NCBI RefSeq assembly: GCF_000017945.1
Contig: NC_009776.1
Location: 570,001 to 602,000, forward strand
Reading direction: 5' to 3'
Source of the DNA: Ignicoccus hospitalis KIN4/I
GTDB lineage: Archaea; Thermoproteota; Thermoprotei_A; Sulfolobales; Ignicoccaceae
Length of the DNA stretch: 32,000 nt
The notes below the pieces were generated by a model. It saw only the letters and a list, made by a program, of their open reading frames with translations, was not told the origin of the DNA and searched no databases. Shown piece by piece: positions 9,401 through 20,080 of the stretch. The stretch's first letter is position 1. Each line of letters starts with the position of its first letter. Position numbers and translations under genes: made by a program.

Positions 9401-10368
9401 TCGGGCGACCTATAAATGTTAGTAGGGGTGTATATGACTACTTTTACCTTCTTCCACGGCAGCCTCCTCTTCTTAATCAATTTCTCCAACAAACCTATGA
9501 ACTTCCCCATTGATATGGTAGTTACGTCGGAGGAGAACACCAAGTTGAACTCGGCCTCCTCGGGACTTACGGCCTTAATGTACATGTATCTCAATTCGAT
9601 AGGTAACCTGCTGAGCAGTTTAGTTATGCTCTTGAAGAAGGTCGGGTCGAAGTAATACTCGTTGCCCTTGCTGTCAATCAACTTTATCAGTGACTTAGCG
9701 TCACACTTCTCAGCAACCTCCATTAAGTCCTTAATAAGCTTCTCTAGGGGTACGTCGTCGTGGACCTTGATCACTACTACGTAGTGGCCCCCGAGCTCCT
9801 CCGGCGTGCTGGTCTCTACTGTGTACCCCATCTTGTCCAGGTAGTAGGCGATCTCATCGGTGAGGGTAACTGTATCTATTAAGTCGAATATTTCTAGCTC
9901 CTTGACGTCGAACCCTTGCGCGAGTTCCTCTACGCTAGTCTCCTTCTCCAGCCTCGCCTCCAAGACTTTCTGAGCTATCTCGTTCAGTGCCGACAACACT
10001 TGGGCCGCCTTCTCGACCACTCGCTTGCCGGCGAACATCTTATTCAAGGCGTCCACAAAAGCTTCCTTAGAGACGACGTAGAGGTCCCCGGGGAGGGGGT
10101 TGTCGTCTACAGCCTCCAAGGCCTTGTTACCGACCCTCGGCGGCTCCCTTATCGCTATGGCTACTACCTTGCCGTCGCAAGCGAGTATGTAACCACCCAC
10201 CGTATGAGGCTTAAACATGAGGCAGAGACCTTCCTTGGACTTCTCGGCACTCAAGCGCTCGAGCTCGGAGACGGTGAGCGTGACCCTCTCAACCCTCTTG
10301 GCGTGGTGCAAGAGGGCGAGCCTGCTGGCGACGTCTATAAAAATTCTCGAGGTTGTAGCTAGGTCCAC
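9397..10368 (-). CDS. Uncharacterised protein (323 aa), cotranscribed with 10375-10782
   Basis: Long ORF, GTG start preceded by GGGGTGA; ends convergently with the zinc-ribbon gene. No family recognised. Confidence 0.8.
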   Translation of the reverse strand: MDLATTSRIFIDVASRLALLHHAKRVERVTLTVSELERLSAEKSKEGLCLMFKPHTVGGYILACDGKVVAIAIREPPRVGNKALEAVDDNPLPGDLYVVSKEAFVDALNKMFAGKRVVEKAAQVLSALNEIAQKVLEARLEKETSVEELAQGFDVKELEIFDLIDTVTLTDEIAYYLDKMGYTVETSTPEELGGHYVVVIKVHDDVPLEKLIKDLMEVAEKCDAKSLIKLIDSKGNEYYFDPTFFKSITKLLSRLPIELRYMYIKAVSPEEAEFNLVFSSDVTTISMGKFIGLLEKLIKKRRLPWKKVKVVIYTPTNIYRSPD

Positions 10369-10374
10369 TGCGCT

Positions 10375-10782
10375 TCACCCCCACCTTATGTTTATGAAAA
10401 GCTTGGCGACGTCCTTGTCCAACAGTATTACGGCCTCCGCCTCGAGCCCGCTTAAAGTCTCTATAATCTTTTCGATCAGTTCCCTCAAAGCCCTCAACTT
10501 TTCTATCAAATCGCTTATCTCCTTAGCTTTTTTAGATAACTCCTCCTTCATTTTGGACGGGTGCGGTTGGACGTATATTTCAAACGAGTTTACCTTAGTG
10601 TGGTAGATCGCCTCGCCCCCGCCCCCGCCGAACCTTTTGACGAACTCTTCAAAGGTAGCTTCCTTTTCGTCCAAGCTCTCCAACAAGCCCGCGACCAACT
10701 CGGCCTCCCTCTCCGCGTCGTTCAGTTCCTTGTCGAGACGCTCCAGACACTCGCTCAAGCTGGTACATATTATTACGCTCAT
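10375..10782 (-). CDS. Uncharacterised coiled-coil-like protein (135 aa)
   Basis: ORF ending 6 nt upstream of the next gene; heptad-like helices (SKKAKEISDLIEKLRALRELIEKIIETLSGLEAEA). Confidence 0.75.
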   Translation of the reverse strand: MSVIICTSLSECLERLDKELNDAEREAELVAGLLESLDEKEATFEEFVKRFGGGGGEAIYHTKVNSFEIYVQPHPSKMKEELSKKAKEISDLIEKLRALRELIEKIIETLSGLEAEAVILLDKDVAKLFINIRWG

Positions 10783-10880
10783 TAAGTCCGCTCCCGGGTT
10801 CTAGCCCCTCTCAAGTTCTATATTTGATAGCCTCAGCCCTTAATTACCCCCTAGCGAAGCCCGCTGGGTAGGAGAAATGG

Positions 10881-12524
10881 GTGGTTACAAAATTCTTCGA
10901 AAATAAAGCCCCCAAAGAAGTAGAGGTCTTGGACACCACCTTAAGGGACGGGGCTCAAGCGCGGGGGATAAATTTTGACCTACAAGCTAAGATAAGGATA
11001 GCCCTAGAGCTGGACAGAGTGGGCGTACACTTCATAGAGGCCGGGTGGCCCGGCAGCAACCCGAAGGACGAGCTGTTCTTCAGAGAGATAAAGAAGTACG
11101 AGCTCACGAACTCCGAAATAGTCGCGTTCACCTCTACGAGGAGGAAGGGCTTCAAGGCCTCCAGCGACCCGCTGCTCCAAAAGGCCCTCGACGCCGACAC
11201 GAAGTGGATAACCGTCTTCGGGAAGAGCTGGGACTTACACGTCAGAGACGTGCTCAAAACTACCTTGGAAGAGAACTTAGACATGATATACGACACGATA
11301 AGGTTCTTTAAAGAGAACGGCAGGATGGTAATATTCGATGCAGAGCACTTCTTCGACGGGTTCAAGGAAAACAAGGAGTACGCGCTCCAAGTCCTAAAGA
11401 CCGCTGAGGAGGCCGGCGCCGACCGGATAGTGTTGGCCGACACCAACGGTGGGTCACTGCCCCACGAGGTTTACGCTATAGTCCGCGAGGTCGGGGAGCA
11501 TGTCAAGAAGCCGCTGGGCGTGCACATGCACAACGACAGCGGCTGTGCGGTGGCTAACACCCTTATGGGGGTGCTCGCCGGGGCGCAGCACGTCCACGTC
11601 ACCGTAAACGGCATAGGGGAGAGGACCGGCAACGCGGACTTGTGCGTTGTAGTGCCAGACCTAGAGCTGAAGATGGGAGTAAAGGCCTTGAAAAACCCCG
11701 AAGGCCTCAAGATGTTAAGGCACTTGTCCAAGATGGTATACGACTTGGCAGGCCTCACGCCAAACCCCTACCAGCCGTACGTGGGCGACAACGCCTTCGC
11801 CCACAAGGCCGGCGTACACGTGGACGCTGTGCTCAAGAACCCGAGGGCGTACGAGCACGTCCCGCCGGAGAGCGTGGGCAACGAGAGGAAGTTGGCCATA
11901 TCTGAGCTCAGCGGCGCCGCCAACCTGATAGGCTGGGCCAAGAGAGAGTTAGGAATAGTAATAAGCAAGAACGATGTAGCCTTGAGGAGAGCTCTGAAAA
12001 GGATAAAGGAACTAGAAAACAAGGGGTACAGCTTCGACAACGCCTTCGCGTCCGCATTGCTAATACTGCTGGAGGAGATGGGGCTGAGGGGGAGGCCCTT
12101 CAAGCTGGAAGAGTGGAAGGTGGTGAGCGAGGGAGCCGAGGAGGGCTCCCGCAGCTGGGGCGTGGTGAAGCTCTCGAACGCGGAGGTCCACATGGAGGCG
12201 GCGGAAGGAGTAGGCCCGGTAGAAACCATAGACAAGGCGTTGAGAAAGGCCTTAGACAAGCTCGCCCCAGAGGCCTCCCACGTAAAGCTCATAGACTACA
12301 GGGTCCACTTGCCCAAAGCCTCCAAGCACACGGAGAGCGACGTAAGGGTTGAGATAACTTTCACCGACGGCAAGGAGTTCTGGACCACCACCGCCGTGTC
12401 GAGAAACATAATAGAAGCCAGTGTGAGAGCAATACTGGACGGCATCGAGTACTATTTAATTAAGAAGAAGCTTATGTTGCTCAAGGGCTCCAATGAGGAG
12501 GCCCCTACTCTGCTGAGAGGGTGA
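10881..12524 (+). CDS. cimA: Citramalate synthase-type (2-isopropylmalate/homocitrate synthase superfamily) enzyme
   Basis: VLDTTLRDGAQARGINF, ADTNGGSLPHEV, GVHMHNDSGCAVANTLMGVLAGAQHVHVTVNGIGERTGNADL, FAHKAGVHVDAV, C-terminal regulatory region (KLIDYRVHLPKASKHTESDVRV). This matches the citramalate synthase subfamily that begins LDTTLRDGAQ. Confidence 0.88.
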   Translation: MVTKFFENKAPKEVEVLDTTLRDGAQARGINFDLQAKIRIALELDRVGVHFIEAGWPGSNPKDELFFREIKKYELTNSEIVAFTSTRRKGFKASSDPLLQKALDADTKWITVFGKSWDLHVRDVLKTTLEENLDMIYDTIRFFKENGRMVIFDAEHFFDGFKENKEYALQVLKTAEEAGADRIVLADTNGGSLPHEVYAIVREVGEHVKKPLGVHMHNDSGCAVANTLMGVLAGAQHVHVTVNGIGERTGNADLCVVVPDLELKMGVKALKNPEGLKMLRHLSKMVYDLAGLTPNPYQPYVGDNAFAHKAGVHVDAVLKNPRAYEHVPPESVGNERKLAISELSGAANLIGWAKRELGIVISKNDVALRRALKRIKELENKGYSFDNAFASALLILLEEMGLRGRPFKLEEWKVVSEGAEEGSRSWGVVKLSNAEVHMEAAEGVGPVETIDKALRKALDKLAPEASHVKLIDYRVHLPKASKHTESDVRVEITFTDGKEFWTTTAVSRNIIEASVRAILDGIEYYLIKKKLMLLKGSNEEAPTLLRG

Positions 12525-12619
12525 GGTAAGCGGTCCTTCACCGAGGGGTTAGGGAGCAATATATACCTAACCTTAATTTCCCATAGACATAAGCCCTGCG
12601 GGAAGAGGGTGCCGGCGAC

Positions 12620-13537
12620 GTGCTGCCGCTGTTCAAGAAGAAAGAGTGGCTGGAAGAGCCTTGGGACGACTACAAGATAATAGGCTTCGGGTCCACCAAG
12701 GGCGGCGCTGGCAGGACCACTATGACCATAGAGATAGCCAGCCTAATAGCGTTCATCAAAGAGGCTCGGGTAGCCGTAATAGACTGGGACGTGATCAACC
12801 CCCGCCTTACCCAAAGGGCTTTCAAGAGCTTGCCCTTGAGGGGCCAGACCTTAGTCAAAATAATAACTAGCAAGGATTTTAAGAAGGCCTTGAAGAACAT
12901 TTCCTTGCATTCCGTAAGCTTGAGCCCCACCTCTAAAATAGACGTATTGCCGGCCTTGAGCTACGAGGACATAGACAAGGGGATAGTTGACGAGTACTTT
13001 AACTTGATGTATGAAAAGCCCGAGGAGTACATCAAGAGGTGCAAGGAGCTCGTAGCTACCCTTAAGACCGAGTACGAATATATAATGAACGACTACCCCG
13101 CTATAACTTGGGTCGCGCTGGGCCCTTTGTCCCTATCCATAAACCACGTCCGGGCGACTGCCGGAAACCTAGTGATGGTGGTGGACCCCTCTCCTTGGAG
13201 CGCAGAGCTCTTGAACTCAAACCTCATCCACCCGAAGTTAAAAGGGCTACGCGTGGGCGCACTGGTAGTTAACATGGTGAGGCCGGCGATGGACGCGGTC
13301 AACTGGGCCAAGAGCGTTTTCAGCCCGGTGTGCGAGAGGATAGAAGCGGACAACTTCGTGGTCCTGCCCTTCGACGTCCCCCTTTACGAGGCCGGGATAG
13401 GCGAGCTGAAGAGCTTGGTCAGCGTTTCGGTAAGCCCTTTAAAGCACAAGTCCCGAAGCGCCCGGTACTTGTACACGCTTGCCGACCGTTTCATTCATGA
13501 TTATAGGGATAAGAAGTGCTTCTACATAGGCCCCTAG
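12620..13537 (+). CDS. MinD/ParA-superfamily (SIMIBI) ATPase-like protein
   Basis: FGSTKGGAGRTTMTIEIASLIAFIKEARVAVIDWDVINPRLT: deviant Walker A (KGGxGRTT) followed by the A' Asp motif; MVVDPSPWSAELLN. Confidence 0.8.
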   Translation: MLPLFKKKEWLEEPWDDYKIIGFGSTKGGAGRTTMTIEIASLIAFIKEARVAVIDWDVINPRLTQRAFKSLPLRGQTLVKIITSKDFKKALKNISLHSVSLSPTSKIDVLPALSYEDIDKGIVDEYFNLMYEKPEEYIKRCKELVATLKTEYEYIMNDYPAITWVALGPLSLSINHVRATAGNLVMVVDPSPWSAELLNSNLIHPKLKGLRVGALVVNMVRPAMDAVNWAKSVFSPVCERIEADNFVVLPFDVPLYEAGIGELKSLVSVSVSPLKHKSRSARYLYTLADRFIHDYRDKKCFYIGP

Positions 13538-14682
13538 AGGACTTGTATACATTCGGGGAACTCGGGCTCCTCGTTGAAAACCTTCAATAACACCTTCATT
13601 CCCTTCTTAAGCTCGGTTGAAGCGTTGGGCAAGGGTATCCATATGCCGTCCAAGTATATGGCCAGCGCGGTCCCGTCGGCCATCTCCTCCAGTTGTCCCA
13701 CCGTCATGTTGCATTCCTTAACCACTTGAAGTACCAAAATCCTCTCCTCCCCCTCTTCGGCAACCTCCTTGAGTATCGGGTGTACCTCGTTCTCTACTAA
13801 AGCCATTTGGGCCATGCTGGTCGCCGCGTCTGTCATCTTCTCTAAGGACCTCACCAAGACCGTGCTGGTGTATATCTCTTGGCTCTCGGCAGTGTTCTTA
13901 ATTATTTCCATTTCTAACTTCGCCGACTCTTCGTCCATAAAGCTCTCTATCTCCAGCACCTCCTCTGCAGCCCTCGGGTCTTGGTACAGCATCGAATAAA
14001 CTGCGAGGTCGAAGGCTATCTCAGTCATGTTCTTGAGCAACGCTATTCTAAAAGCTACTTCCTTCTCCTTCTCGGTGAACTTCTCCTCGGGGACTACCAA
14101 CTCCATGTCTATGTCTTTCATAAGTTTCTTTACGTCCTCCCTGTCCCCCCTTATGACAATTACGTCCCCCAGCTCCAACTCCACTTCCTCCGGCGGGTTC
14201 ACTATCATCACGCCTCCCCTCCTAAGTACGATAACGTCTATGAGCCCGTACCTCTCCTTGAGCTCCTTAACCTTAATTCCCACGAGCTTCTCGCCCACTA
14301 CCAGCTTAACGTATATTTCCTCTGTTATTTCGAGGGCTGCCTTAACTACCTTCGGCACCTTGTACCCCTTTAGCACAGTAGTGGCCATGTCTGAGGCTGC
14401 CTCCGTGGCCAAGTCCATCGACATCCCCAGCCTAAGGGCCGGCAAGAGCTTCTCCGCGTCCTCCGGGTCCCTGGCGGCTACCATTAGCTGGAGGGCCAAC
14501 AAGTTGAAGTCGTTATCCACGTCGACGTCTATCTTTTCCACCTCTTGAGCCACGTCCTTGTCCTCGTAAACTAAGGAGTAGAAGGCCATGTCGAGCGCTA
14601 TACTGACTTCGTCCTTCATCTTTCGGAGGAGTTTCTTTATGGGTACGGGTCGGTACTTCACCACCATGGGGAGGTCGTTCAT
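13534..14682 (-). CDS. PhoU-like plus TrkA-C domain protein (potassium/ion transport regulatory type)
   Basis: Two PhoU-like helical repeats flank a RCK_C/TrkA-C segment (VVGEKLVGIKVKELKERYGLIDVIVLRRGGVMIVNPPEEVELELGDVIVIRGDREDVKKL). Confidence 0.82.
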   Translation of the reverse strand: MNDLPMVVKYRPVPIKKLLRKMKDEVSIALDMAFYSLVYEDKDVAQEVEKIDVDVDNDFNLLALQLMVAARDPEDAEKLLPALRLGMSMDLATEAASDMATTVLKGYKVPKVVKAALEITEEIYVKLVVGEKLVGIKVKELKERYGLIDVIVLRRGGVMIVNPPEEVELELGDVIVIRGDREDVKKLMKDIDMELVVPEEKFTEKEKEVAFRIALLKNMTEIAFDLAVYSMLYQDPRAAEEVLEIESFMDEESAKLEMEIIKNTAESQEIYTSTVLVRSLEKMTDAATSMAQMALVENEVHPILKEVAEEGEERILVLQVVKECNMTVGQLEEMADGTALAIYLDGIWIPLPNASTELKKGMKVLLKVFNEEPEFPECIQVL

Positions 14683-14720
14683 CTCCGTGGGGTCCCAGAA
14701 AAATTCCTCGACGGAGTTCT

Positions 14721-15578
14721 TTAGGGCATCGCCAACCTCTCCACGTAACGAGCCGTAGCCATCATCACGTCCCTATCTGTAATTATCCCCTTCACTACCT
14801 TGTCGTCGCCCAAGAGCAACAACGCGTCTGTTGGCGACATGCCGAGGGCTTGTACGGCCTCCCTCATCTCTGCGTTCTCGACGACGTAGCTCAAGGTGCT
14901 CATGACCTCGTCCGCCGAGACCTCCTCCAAGGCCTCTGGTAGCTTGTTCTCGTGACGGAGGGCGTAGTCCACCACGTTGAGTGCGGTGAGTATGCCCAAG
15001 GCCGGCCCCTTGTTCTTCGCGTCCTCGACTACCGGCAAGTGTCTCACCTTCAGCTCGTTCATTATGTCCAACGCGTCTGCGAGGGGAGTTCCACGTTCGA
15101 CCACCTTAGGGTTCTTGGTAGCGTACTTCATAGCCTCTCCCTCCCACTCGAGTTCCGGAGCCACGTTCAGCACGACGTCCCTCTCGGTGAATATTCCTAT
15201 CACCTTCCCCTCGTTGTCGAGTAAGGGAACCGCGCCCACGTCGGCCTCTGCCATAGCCTTCAACACCTCCCAGAGCGGGTCCTCTGCCGCCGCGGCTATG
15301 ACCTTCTTACTCATGAAGTTGTACACTTCCTTCTTAAGTAGGTCTTTTGCGTTGTAGCTTCCAATAACTTCCATCACGTCCTTTATAGACATGAAGCCCA
15401 CTAGGTTCTCGCCCTCCACCACCGGCAAGTGCCTTATCCCGTTCTCTACCATTACCTTCGCCGCGTTCCTCAAGGGCTCTTCCGCCTTCACTACCTTTAT
15501 CCAGCCCATCTTGGCGAAGTACTTTACTGGAGCGTTCGGGTCTATCAAGGCTCTCTCGAGAGTTAAGACCTTTAACAA
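14721..15578 (-). CDS. Four-CBS-domain protein
   Basis: Repeated CBS signatures (GIRHLPVVEGENLVGFMSIKDVM; GAVPLLDNEGKVIGIFTERDVVL; KVRHLPVVEDAKNKGPALGILTALNVV; DALLLLGDDKVVKGIITDRDVMMA). TTG 15578 fits better than the track start 15713, which overlaps the divergent HAD gene. Confidence 0.88.
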   Translation of the reverse strand: MLKVLTLERALIDPNAPVKYFAKMGWIKVVKAEEPLRNAAKVMVENGIRHLPVVEGENLVGFMSIKDVMEVIGSYNAKDLLKKEVYNFMSKKVIAAAAEDPLWEVLKAMAEADVGAVPLLDNEGKVIGIFTERDVVLNVAPELEWEGEAMKYATKNPKVVERGTPLADALDIMNELKVRHLPVVEDAKNKGPALGILTALNVVDYALRHENKLPEALEEVSADEVMSTLSYVVENAEMREAVQALGMSPTDALLLLGDDKVVKGIITDRDVMMATARYVERLAMP

Positions 15579-15600
15579 ATATTTTAGTTTGGGGAGCGCC

Positions 15601-16329
15601 TTGAGGTGGATAATAGACCTCGACGGCGTGGTGTGGAAGGGAAAGGAAATAATCTGGGAAAACGTGGACGCGATAAAAAAGTTGGAAGGGAAGAAAGTAT
15701 TCCTAACGAACAAGGCTACCTCGCGCTGGGAAGTTTCTAGGAGGCTAAAGGAGATAGGGTTGGAAGGGGAGGTAGTTACCTCTGCCTACATAGCCTCCCA
15801 GTTCCTCAAGAAGAGGGGCGTGGAATCCGCCTTCGCGGTGGGACCTTCCGGACTGGCGGAAGAGCTGGTTATGGCAGGAATACACTTGACCGAAGACGAA
15901 GACCTCGCGCAAGCGGTGGTGGCGGGCTTGGACGCGTTCTTGACGTATGACAAGGTCGCTAGGGCAGCATCCATGATAAGGAAGGGGGCTCTATTCGTAG
16001 CCACCAACACCGACAAGACCTACCCCACCGAGAGGGGGCTCATGCCGGGCGCGGGGAGCGTGGTGGAGGCGATAAGGGTGGCCAGCGGGAAGGAGCCAGT
16101 AGTGGTGGGGAAGCCCAGCAGACACGCCTTCGAGGTGGCCAGCGGCGGCGAGAGGGACGTGATAGTAATAGGGGATAAGATGGAAACCGACATGAAGATG
16201 GCGCTAGAAAACGGGGCCAGGGGAATCTTGGTGCTGACCGGCGTGACCCGGGAGCCTCCCAAGGAGGTCCCTCAAGGAGTAACGGTCGTGAAGACGCTGA
16301 AGGAAGTTTTGGGGGATGAGACCGGATAG
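15601..16329 (+). CDS. HAD-superfamily (NagD/phosphoglycolate phosphatase-like) hydrolase
   Basis: WIIDLDGVVWKGKE, VFLTNKATSR, FVATNTDKTYPTERGLMPGAGSVVEAI, VVVGKPSRHAFEVA, VIVIGDKMETDMKMALENGARGILVLTG; TTG start at 15601. Confidence 0.9.
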   Translation: MRWIIDLDGVVWKGKEIIWENVDAIKKLEGKKVFLTNKATSRWEVSRRLKEIGLEGEVVTSAYIASQFLKKRGVESAFAVGPSGLAEELVMAGIHLTEDEDLAQAVVAGLDAFLTYDKVARAASMIRKGALFVATNTDKTYPTERGLMPGAGSVVEAIRVASGKEPVVVGKPSRHAFEVASGGERDVIVIGDKMETDMKMALENGARGILVLTGVTREPPKEVPQGVTVVKTLKEVLGDETG

Positions 16330-16379
16330 GCGCTCTCATCGAGAGCTCTGCGGCTCCCTCCGCGCCCGACACCCGGGCG

Positions 16380-16676
16380 CTAACCGCTCTGCTCTTGTCT
16401 CTGATAAGCTTGACGCCTCTTTATCGGACACTCTTGTGCGTGGGGGCAGCTCCACTCGACCCCCAGCTCCTTCAGCGCGTCCTCCCAGCACTCGTGCTGG
16501 CCCTTAACGTCGCTTAAGAGGTATATGCTATAAGGGAGTTCCAAGTCTATTAAAGTATCGTTTATGGGGTCGTAGAGCTTCGCGTACCTCCGCTTGGCCT
16601 CGTGGTCCACGTGTTCCATGGCGAGGACTATGGGACAGAGGCCCAGTTTAAAAGCTAAGTTCTTCTTCAAGCTCAC
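16380..16676 (-). CDS. Small uncharacterised Cys/His-containing protein, translationally coupled to rpoB
   Basis: 98-aa ORF whose GTG overlaps the rpoB TGA (GTGTGA); C-terminal HECWEDALKELGVEWSCPHAQEC. Confidence 0.75.
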   Translation of the reverse strand: MSLKKNLAFKLGLCPIVLAMEHVDHEAKRRYAKLYDPINDTLIDLELPYSIYLLSDVKGQHECWEDALKELGVEWSCPHAQECPIKRRQAYQRQEQSG

Positions 16677-19600
16677 ACCCTGCTGAACTTGTCGCCCAGC
16701 CTAAGCCTAGCTGCTATGCCCATGCTGAGTATCTCTTGGATCAACAGCTTGAACGCGTAGCTGAGCTCCACTTGGTACATCTCTCCCCTCTCGCCGTGTA
16801 TCGGACAGACGGGCTTGCCCTTGTTGGCGTCCCACCAGCCTATGTGACCACACTTGGCGCAGACCCAGACCTTGGTAGCGTCGCTCGACTTGAGCAGCCT
16901 CTCCACGAGCAGCTGGGATGCCCCGTGGGCAACCAACACGTCCCTCTCCATCTCCCCGAACCTCAGGCCGCCCTTCCTCGTGCGTCCCTCGGTGGGCTGC
17001 CTAGTCAGTATCTGCACGGGCCCGCGGGCCCTGGCGTGGATCTTGTCGCTAACCATGTGGTACAACCTCTGGTAGAAGACGACGCCTATGAACACGGGCC
17101 TGGCGATCATCTCTCCCGTCCTCCCGTCGAACATGACCTCCGTGCCGTCGGGCGGGAAGCCCCTCTCTACCAATATCTTTCTCAAGTTGTCCAGAGGCTC
17201 CTTATAGAACGGCGTCGCGTCCACTTCCCTCCCGCGGAAGGCGGCCGCCTTAGCTGCTATGCTCTCTATCAGCTGCCCCAGCGTCATCCTGGACGGGAAG
17301 GCGTGGGGGTTCAGTATTATGTCGGGCACCAAGCCGAACTCGCTGTAAGGCATGTCGTAATGGGGGAGGACCATGCCTATTACTCCCTTCTGACCGTGGC
17401 GGGAGGCGAACTTGTCGCCTATCTCCGGGATCCTTAAGCTCCTCACCCTTACCTTGACCATCTTTATGCCGTCTATGTTTTCGGTCAAGATTACAGTATC
17501 GACCACGCCCTCCTCGCCGTGCCTAACCGCAACGGAAGCGTCCCTCCGACGGGTCTCCAGTATGCCCATCTCCTTGTACTCTTCGGTGAACCTCGGAGGC
17601 GAGGACTTACCTATCAGTACGTCTCCCCCGACCACGTAGGTCTCCGGCTCTACTATGCCGTCCTCGTCCAACTTCTCGTAAGCCTTGGGCTCCCTCATCC
17701 CCACGAGCCTCTGGTCGGGCTTGGGCTTCTCTATTTTGTCCTCCGCTCCGCCGGGGTACTTCTGCTCCTCAGTCTGGTAGAGCCTCATGAAAGTGGCTCT
17801 CATGAACCCCCTATCTATGCTGGACTGGTTCATAATTATAGCGTCCTCTATGTTGTAGCCGGTGTAGCTGAGGATCGCCGCGACCGCGTTCTGGCCGGCG
17901 GGCCTCTTGTTGTAACCTATTATTTCGAGGTGCTTGGTCTGCGCCAAGGGCTTCTCTGGGTAGTGGAGCAAGTACCCCCTGGTATCGGTTCTAAGCATGA
18001 AGTTGGCCGCGTACAAGCCGAGCGCTTGTTTGGCCATGGCGCTCTGGTAGCTGTTCCTCGGGCTCTGGTTGTGTTCGAGGTAAGGTATAGTAGAGGCCAC
18101 GACGCCGAAGACCGCCGGTACCCATATCTCCATGTGAGTGTGCTTCGGGGTTATGTCCTCCGGCTCTATGGCTATCAGCGCGTTCTCCTCCTCGTCAGCG
18201 TCCAAGAGCTCCACAATACCTCTCATCAATAGGTCCTTGAACGTCCACTCGCCCTTCTTAACCTTCTCCACGTGCTCTGGCTTGAGCTTCAGTTCGCCGT
18301 TCTCAACTACGAAGACAGGCCTCATCACCCTTCCGGGGTCGGTGTTTATGTAGACCTCTTTGATCGTGCCGTCGTCGTTCTCGTAGACGCCCACGCTGAC
18401 CTCGTAGTGCAGCTTCCCTTGCCTCCTCAACTGCCTTATCTTCTGGGCCAGCTCGTGAGCGTCTTTGTAGTAGCCGACGGGCCTCCCGTTCAAGAACACC
18501 CTCGCGCCGCTGATGGCCTCCTCCGGGACGGGCTCGTCGTTCTTAACTTTCTCCAAAACCTCCTCTACCCTTATCACGCCCAGCTCGTCTAACACCTTCT
18601 CCACTTCTTCTTCTGGGACGCCCACTGAGATGTGGGCGGACAGGGCTAAGTTCTTCACAAGTCCGATGTTGGGGCCCTCGGGGGTCTCGAACGGACAGAT
18701 CCTCCCCCACTGGGTCATGTGGAGCTCTCTCGCCTCGTAGTGGGGCTGGTTCCTCGCAAGCGGGGACACGACCCTCCTCAAGTGAGAGAGCGTGCTCAAC
18801 CAGTTGGTGCGGTCCAGCAGCTGGGAGACGCCGGTTCTGTTGCCCACCCAGTTGCCCGTGGCCAGCGCTTGGCGTACCTTGTCGGTGAGGTAGTTGGAAC
18901 GGATGAGTATCCTAAGCTTGAGCCTCTCCTCCCCCTTGAGGACCGACCTCTCCAGCTGGTAGCCCACGTCGTTCAATAACCCCCTCAAGTGCGTCCTGAA
19001 GAGTGCGGCCAACATGTCGCCGGCCAGCTTGAGCCTCCTGTTGGCGTAGTGGTCCTTGTCGTCTGGCTCCCTCTTCTCCAAGTAAACCTCCAAGAGCTTC
19101 CGGGCCATGTGGGCCAAGAATATGGCCTTCTTTATCCTGTCCTCGGGCCTCTTGCCCAAGTGCGGGAGCAAGTTGTTGTCGAGGACTTGCTTCGCTCTTT
19201 CGATCCTCTTGTCCCTAGGCATGCCTATAGCTATCCTAGCGCCAATGAAGTCGAGCGCGTCGTCGACGGTCGGCACGGAGGCCGCTTGTTCTATGCTCGG
19301 CAAGAGCTCTTGTTGTACCTCGGGGTCGAAGCTCACCAAGGAGGTTATGTCCTTGTCGGACTCGATGCCCAAGGCCCTTATCAAGACGACCAGAGGTATC
19401 TTACCGGGCAGGGGCGGGAAGATCGCGTGGAGGGTGCCGTCCTTCTGCCTCTCCACTATGACTTGTACGCGGTAACCTAAGGTGGTAGAGAGCACCTTCG
19501 CCGTGTGGGTTACGGTGCTCTGGGGCCCTCCTTTGTCAACCAACACCTTGTTGAGGGCTAAGTCCTCTTGAGTGACTATCACCTTCTCGCTGCCGTCGAC

Positions 19601-20080
19601 TATGAAGTACCCTCCCGGGTCCCTCGGGTCCTCGCCGGCTTCTACAAGCTCCTCGGGGCTCTTCTTAGAGAGCGGGTCGAGGATGGACCTAACCATGACG
19701 GGCATCATTCCTATTTCTACCCATCCTTCGTCCTTGATCTCGCCCTTCGGGTTCCTGAGCCTCATGTAAACGTATATCGGAGCAGCGTAGGTCAAGTCGC
19801 GTATCCTACACTCGGTGGGGGTTACGGGCCTCGTGCCCCCGCTCTTCTCCTTTATAATGGGCTCTCCGTACCTAATCTTAATGAATTCTAACTTATAGCC
19901 GCTCTCGAAGGGTTCCACTTCCCCTAACTCTTCTATTAGCTTCTGCATAGTTTCCGTGACGAACTTGTTGTAAGACTCCAGCTGCTGGCTCACTAGCCCC
20001 TTCTCCTTAAAGTAGGCGCGCATTATGGCCCAACGGTCTTCCGGAGTGGGGAAGGCCTTCGCGCTCGACACGACCATCAC
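16673..20080 (-). CDS. rpoB: DNA-directed RNA polymerase subunit B (unsplit)
   Basis: 1135 aa; [67 protein letters not shown]-terminal zinc site CAKCGHIG...CPIHG. Confidence 0.98.
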   Translation of the reverse strand: MMVVSSAKAFPTPEDRWAIMRAYFKEKGLVSQQLESYNKFVTETMQKLIEELGEVEPFESGYKLEFIKIRYGEPIIKEKSGGTRPVTPTECRIRDLTYAAPIYVYMRLRNPKGEIKDEGWVEIGMMPVMVRSILDPLSKKSPEELVEAGEDPRDPGGYFIVDGSEKVIVTQEDLALNKVLVDKGGPQSTVTHTAKVLSTTLGYRVQVIVERQKDGTLHAIFPPLPGKIPLVVLIRALGIESDKDITSLVSFDPEVQQELLPSIEQAASVPTVDDALDFIGARIAIGMPRDKRIERAKQVLDNNLLPHLGKRPEDRIKKAIFLAHMARKLLEVYLEKREPDDKDHYANRRLKLAGDMLAALFRTHLRGLLNDVGYQLERSVLKGEERLKLRILIRSNYLTDKVRQALATGNWVGNRTGVSQLLDRTNWLSTLSHLRRVVSPLARNQPHYEARELHMTQWGRICPFETPEGPNIGLVKNLALSAHISVGVPEEEVEKVLDELGVIRVEEVLEKVKNDEPVPEEAISGARVFLNGRPVGYYKDAHELAQKIRQLRRQGKLHYEVSVGVYENDDGTIKEVYINTDPGRVMRPVFVVENGELKLKPEHVEKVKKGEWTFKDLLMRGIVELLDADEEENALIAIEPEDITPKHTHMEIWVPAVFGVVASTIPYLEHNQSPRNSYQSAMAKQALGLYAANFMLRTDTRGYLLHYPEKPLAQTKHLEIIGYNKRPAGQNAVAAILSYTGYNIEDAIIMNQSSIDRGFMRATFMRLYQTEEQKYPGGAEDKIEKPKPDQRLVGMREPKAYEKLDEDGIVEPETYVVGGDVLIGKSSPPRFTEEYKEMGILETRRRDASVAVRHGEEGVVDTVILTENIDGIKMVKVRVRSLRIPEIGDKFASRHGQKGVIGMVLPHYDMPYSEFGLVPDIILNPHAFPSRMTLGQLIESIAAKAAAFRGREVDATPFYKEPLDNLRKILVERGFPPDGTEVMFDGRTGEMIARPVFIGVVFYQRLYHMVSDKIHARARGPVQILTRQPTEGRTRKGGLRFGEMERDVLVAHGASQLLVERLLKSSDATKVWVCAKCGHIGWWDANKGKPVCPIHGERGEMYQVELSYAFKLLIQEILSMGIAARLRLGDKFSRV

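Noticed and set aside
11471-12292. Long antisense ORFs under cimA (11471..11758, 11768..12292) and similar shadow ORFs elsewhere, e.g. 17519..18232, 18989..19480, 20628..21278
   Set aside because: Shadow ORFs caused by GC-rich codon bias opposite well-supported genes; no recognisable motifs.
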